This document shows positions 60,462 through 64,000 of a stretch of DNA of 64,000 nt, in pieces. The stretch is from Botryllus schlosseri (lineage: Eukaryota): NCBI GenBank assembly GCA_051294905.1, contig CM119371.1:37636001-37700000 (forward strand), in the 5' to 3' direction. The position numbers and the translations under genes are program-made. Below the pieces are notes generated by a model that saw nothing but the letters and a program-made list of their open reading frames with translations, ran no database searches and had not been told where the DNA came from. Every line of letters starts with the position of its first letter. Positions within the stretch are counted from its first letter, which is position 1.

Positions 60462-63215
60462 CTCCATGCAATGAGCATTTACTTTGAAGATAAATAGTAA
60501 TTAAATAACTGGTTGGTGGTACAAAATTTTAATACTGCTTTCAAAAGTACCTACATGATAAACGTTATTCAAACCCGAAGAACTTTTCGCGTGCCAATTA
60601 AAGAGCTACCGGCACGATAAAGGAAGCAAAACAGAGTTTAATTCAAAACCAGATGGAGAATTATGACGCATTAATGTCGAATTTAGAAATAACATCAATG
60701 GAGCCAGAACACAGCAACAATGCAGTGTATAATAACAGTTGTGTAAAACAGTATGACAGCGTGACACAATTCTTTAATTATTTATTATAGTGGTGCCCAC
60801 CGTAAATACTATTTTATTCAAATCCAAATTTTTCGATGGCAATAACTCCGCTTCCACTTGTTTGAATCGAACCAAATTTGATGAACATCGTTTCTATACA
60901 TAACCTAACACTTTCATGGGGTGAACAGAAAATTTTTAAATTTTTCAATTTTTTAAATTTATTTTTAAAATAATAAATAGAAACTTTCTTTTCCTGTAGC
61001 AATGCGGCTACTGTTTGGAATTGAACCAAATTTGGTGTGTAGGCTTGAATTAGGTAACCTAACAATTTTAACAAGTAGCCAGAACGATTTGAGAAAAAAA
61101 GTCATTTTTAAGAGCCCTAATGTCCATGTCAGAGAAACGTTTTAGGGTAGGCCTACTCACATGTCTCGCAGCGTTCTCTACATAATTGTCAATTGCGATA
61201 CAAACTGTTCGCTTGTACTGGTAAAGCCATCCAACTTCGAATTGTAAAATGTTGGGAGTCTTGATATCAAATTTTTGAAAGGTGCACTTTAAGAAATTTT
61301 GGAATCTGTCAGATTATACAAAAATTTTTAGCAAATTCTTTGACATATTTCATCTATTTGGGACTCGATCAACGTAAAAGAATTGGTAATTATTTTATAC
61401 AATATATTGTATTTGTAGTTGAAGTATAGTAATAATTCTTATGGTTACCGCACTTGTAACGATTCACGGCCATAACTGGAATTAATTAGAATGATGTAAC
61501 TTTCAAATTGTCATGCATTTTGCAACGACATTGTGCTCAATTTTCAAGGTGCTGACCATTGGAGGAAGAATCACCATTAAGCCGGGAATTCACGATCCGT
61601 AAACGCGGCCGACTGTTTCTCTCCTCAAGCGGAAGCGGCAGAGGAGAGAAACGAAGAGAAAAAAATGGCAGAAATAGCAAGAGTGTGACAAGTCGCGTCC
61701 GTTCGCTTAAATGCGTATTTCCATTCGCGAAGCGCGAAGTAGTAGGTGGGAAAACTAATGGGCGTTTGGTTAGCGCTTATATAAGGTTGACTCCAGCGCT
61801 GTATTTGCTAAATGTTGCGGTGAAATAGGGGTGGTGTCATTTGGTATCAATATTGACTATTAAAAGACCATTTGTTAGTGGTCATGGATTTGTTCGGCCA
61901 GTATGCAGTAATTTCTGATGGTCACATCTCGGGCTTCTGTTCTCCAACCCCTCATGATTGTTATTCTGCTTTTAGTAAGACTGTCGATTCTAATGTTTTA
62001 TCGTATCATTTGTCGGAGGTTTCGCTCGCTTTTTTTACAACATTTTGCTCTCTGCTAGGTCAATTACTGGCTGAGTATCACTACAGCCTAAGGAACTGCA
62101 CTAATTCTCGTTTTAATGTCTTGCTGGTTATCTTGCTGTCAATTCTAATAATTTGTTAATGTCTATACCAGAGCCGCCACTCAAATGTTTTGTTCTCTGT
62201 ACACAATATTGTTAGGTCTTCAGCTTTCCAGGCAGAGTATCATTCCACTTTCTAGACTTAGTATATATCCCTCCAACTAGCTGCCTAATAACTGATTCGT
62301 TTGGATTGTTGAATTGATCATTTTTGACAGAATGTGACGAAATTTTAGTCAAGAATTCATTTTGTGTTGGTGGCTGTTTTCAAAGATTGCTGAAGTAGTC
62401 AGCGTTGATCTTGATAATCAAGTAGAAGTGGCGATTGAAGTCAGTTCTCTAGTCATATAATAATAATAAATATAATAATAAAAACTTGAAAACTTAGTGG
62501 AAATAGTCCAGAATCAAATCCATTTTAGTAAGTATCGGTGAAAAAAATGTTGGAGTCATTCGTTATTCGCTACCTCTGCCATTTTCGCAGTACGAATGTC
62601 TTGGCTAATAATCGTCAGTTTCATTTTATTTCTGCAGGGTGTTGAAAAGAAAACGCCAGAGGGATAATCATCATCAGACGATGAAACCTTCTGATTACTG
62701 ACTGTTCTCATAGTTTCATTCATTGGCACTACTTTGCACTACAAGTAATTTCGTTCGTTTCATTTTTTCCGCCGCCATTATTTACTTGCCAATTCGTTTT
62801 GAATTAAATTACCGCAAATGTGATTAATATGTAGTAGATAATGTGGTGTGTGTGTGGACGCAGCCGTGATCAGGTTATGCCCAGTGGTAGAAAACAGGTT
62901 ATTATGTCAGGATCTTCTTCTAATGTAGGATCTACTTTCTACTCACCATGTTTAAAGGCTGTAGCATCTGCATAATATGTACATTATTGAAGTACATGGA
63001 AAAGACATTGAATTGAGTCGACACAAAATCCCCCTTTCTACTACCTGCCGAGATCTAATATCTACTATATCGACTCAGCTTTTCTACATCTTTGGTCTGT
63101 ACTGTGTTTACTGGGTTAGGATAGATGTCGTGCGTAAAAAATACTGAAGACATAGGCACACATGTCATCACTTGTGTATAATTGCATTTTGTATTCCGTA
63201 GCTTGTAGATTAGAA

Positions 63216-63614
63216 ATGAAGATTGCATTTATTTGCCTCGTAATTTACGCTTACATCGTCAATGCTTTTGATCGTAAGTATTCTGCGTTATGTTTCATGA
63301 AACACTATCACTCTGATTCTTGTTTCAACAGAAGGCGACAACGAGCCGATACCGCAGCAAGTGAGTCGGTTCACTATCTCGTTTTATTGACGCGGCATTC
63401 AAGTTGGCAATTTTCCATTAGTTTCAAATCGAACCTAAAAGCTATCGGTTCCAAATTTTATTTTTTCAGGCAGTGCATGACGGGTATCACGACAGGGGCA
63501 GCAGCCAAGCCTACTATGGACCTGCCTACAGACAGCGCCAGCCTACATACCGGCCTCAGCCTAATCGAAATAGCTTCGACCTCTGGAGCCCGCTCAATCT
63601 CTACTTCCTAATCA
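63216..63614 (+). CDS. Third lectin-family paralog, first three exons (63216-63273, 63332-63360, 63470-63614); continues beyond the window
   Basis: MKIAFICLVIYAYIVNAFD|QGDNEPIPQQ|AVHDGYHDRGSSQAYYGPAYRQRQPTYRPQPNRNSFDLWSPLNLYFLI. Splice phases and intron sequences are homologous to the 35863 gene. Confidence 0.85.
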
Positions 63615-63739
63615 GTGAGTGGTCGAATCCAACGTGTCAGCGAAGACACTTCGAATGCAATCATTATAAATTCGCACGCTGAGCTAGCTCCTAGTAGTAG
63701 CTACAGTGGCAAGTGGCGAGATAGCGCAATGGTATAGTC

Positions 63740-64000
63740 CAGTGCTTTTCAACCTGTGTGACGGTTCGCACTGGTGCGAATGAAAAAAAATTACAGTGCG
63801 AATGACGAAGGTGGTGCGAATAGTGCGAATGAAAATCCGGATCAAGTGCGAATGAAAATCGTGAATAATGGTTAATTTTTCAGACGTGGACTAATTCAAA
63901 TAAACCCAATAGGAAATTCAAGGGCAGTGTAACTTTTGTATTGGCGACGCAATTGTAAAAACTTGCTTAACTAACGACGCACCACTAATTGTAGCTCCAC
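63740..64000. mobile_element. Left end of a hAT-type MITE with GTGCGAAT repeats, in intron 3 of the third paralog
   Basis: CAGTGCTTTTCAACC followed by five GTGCGAAT motifs. Confidence 0.55.

Noticed and set aside
63162..63611. 149-aa single-exon ORF
   Set aside because: It reads through two introns; paralog comparison supports the spliced model starting at 63216.

Overview
AT-rich, intron-containing eukaryotic DNA with no prokaryotic features. The short introns and transposon repertoire suggest a marine invertebrate, possibly a tunicate; that assignment is inference. The core is a tandem cluster of secreted-protein genes on the + strand: (1) a gene with a signal peptide, nine 16-aa His/Pro/Arg repeats and an RKRR site, probably linked to a divergent C-type-lectin exon (12.6-15.7 kb); (2) a frameshifted 5' copy of that gene (19.8 kb); (3) a 6-exon C-type lectin pseudogene (28.0-30.4 kb); (4) an intact 6-exon, 246-aa C-type-lectin-domain gene (35.9-39.9 kb); (5) a third lectin paralog that runs off the window (63.2 kb onward). 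A ~3-kb block of unknown origin recurs between these genes. The rest is dense, often nested mobile DNA: hAT MITEs with 8-bp target-site duplications (TSDs), TA-targeting MITEs, tRNA-derived SINEs, LINE fragments, and Penelope-like elements. The Penelope terminal repeats carry minimal hammerhead ribozyme motifs. Most ORFs in the supplied track are spurious; the gene models were assembled by hand from splice signals and paralog comparison.
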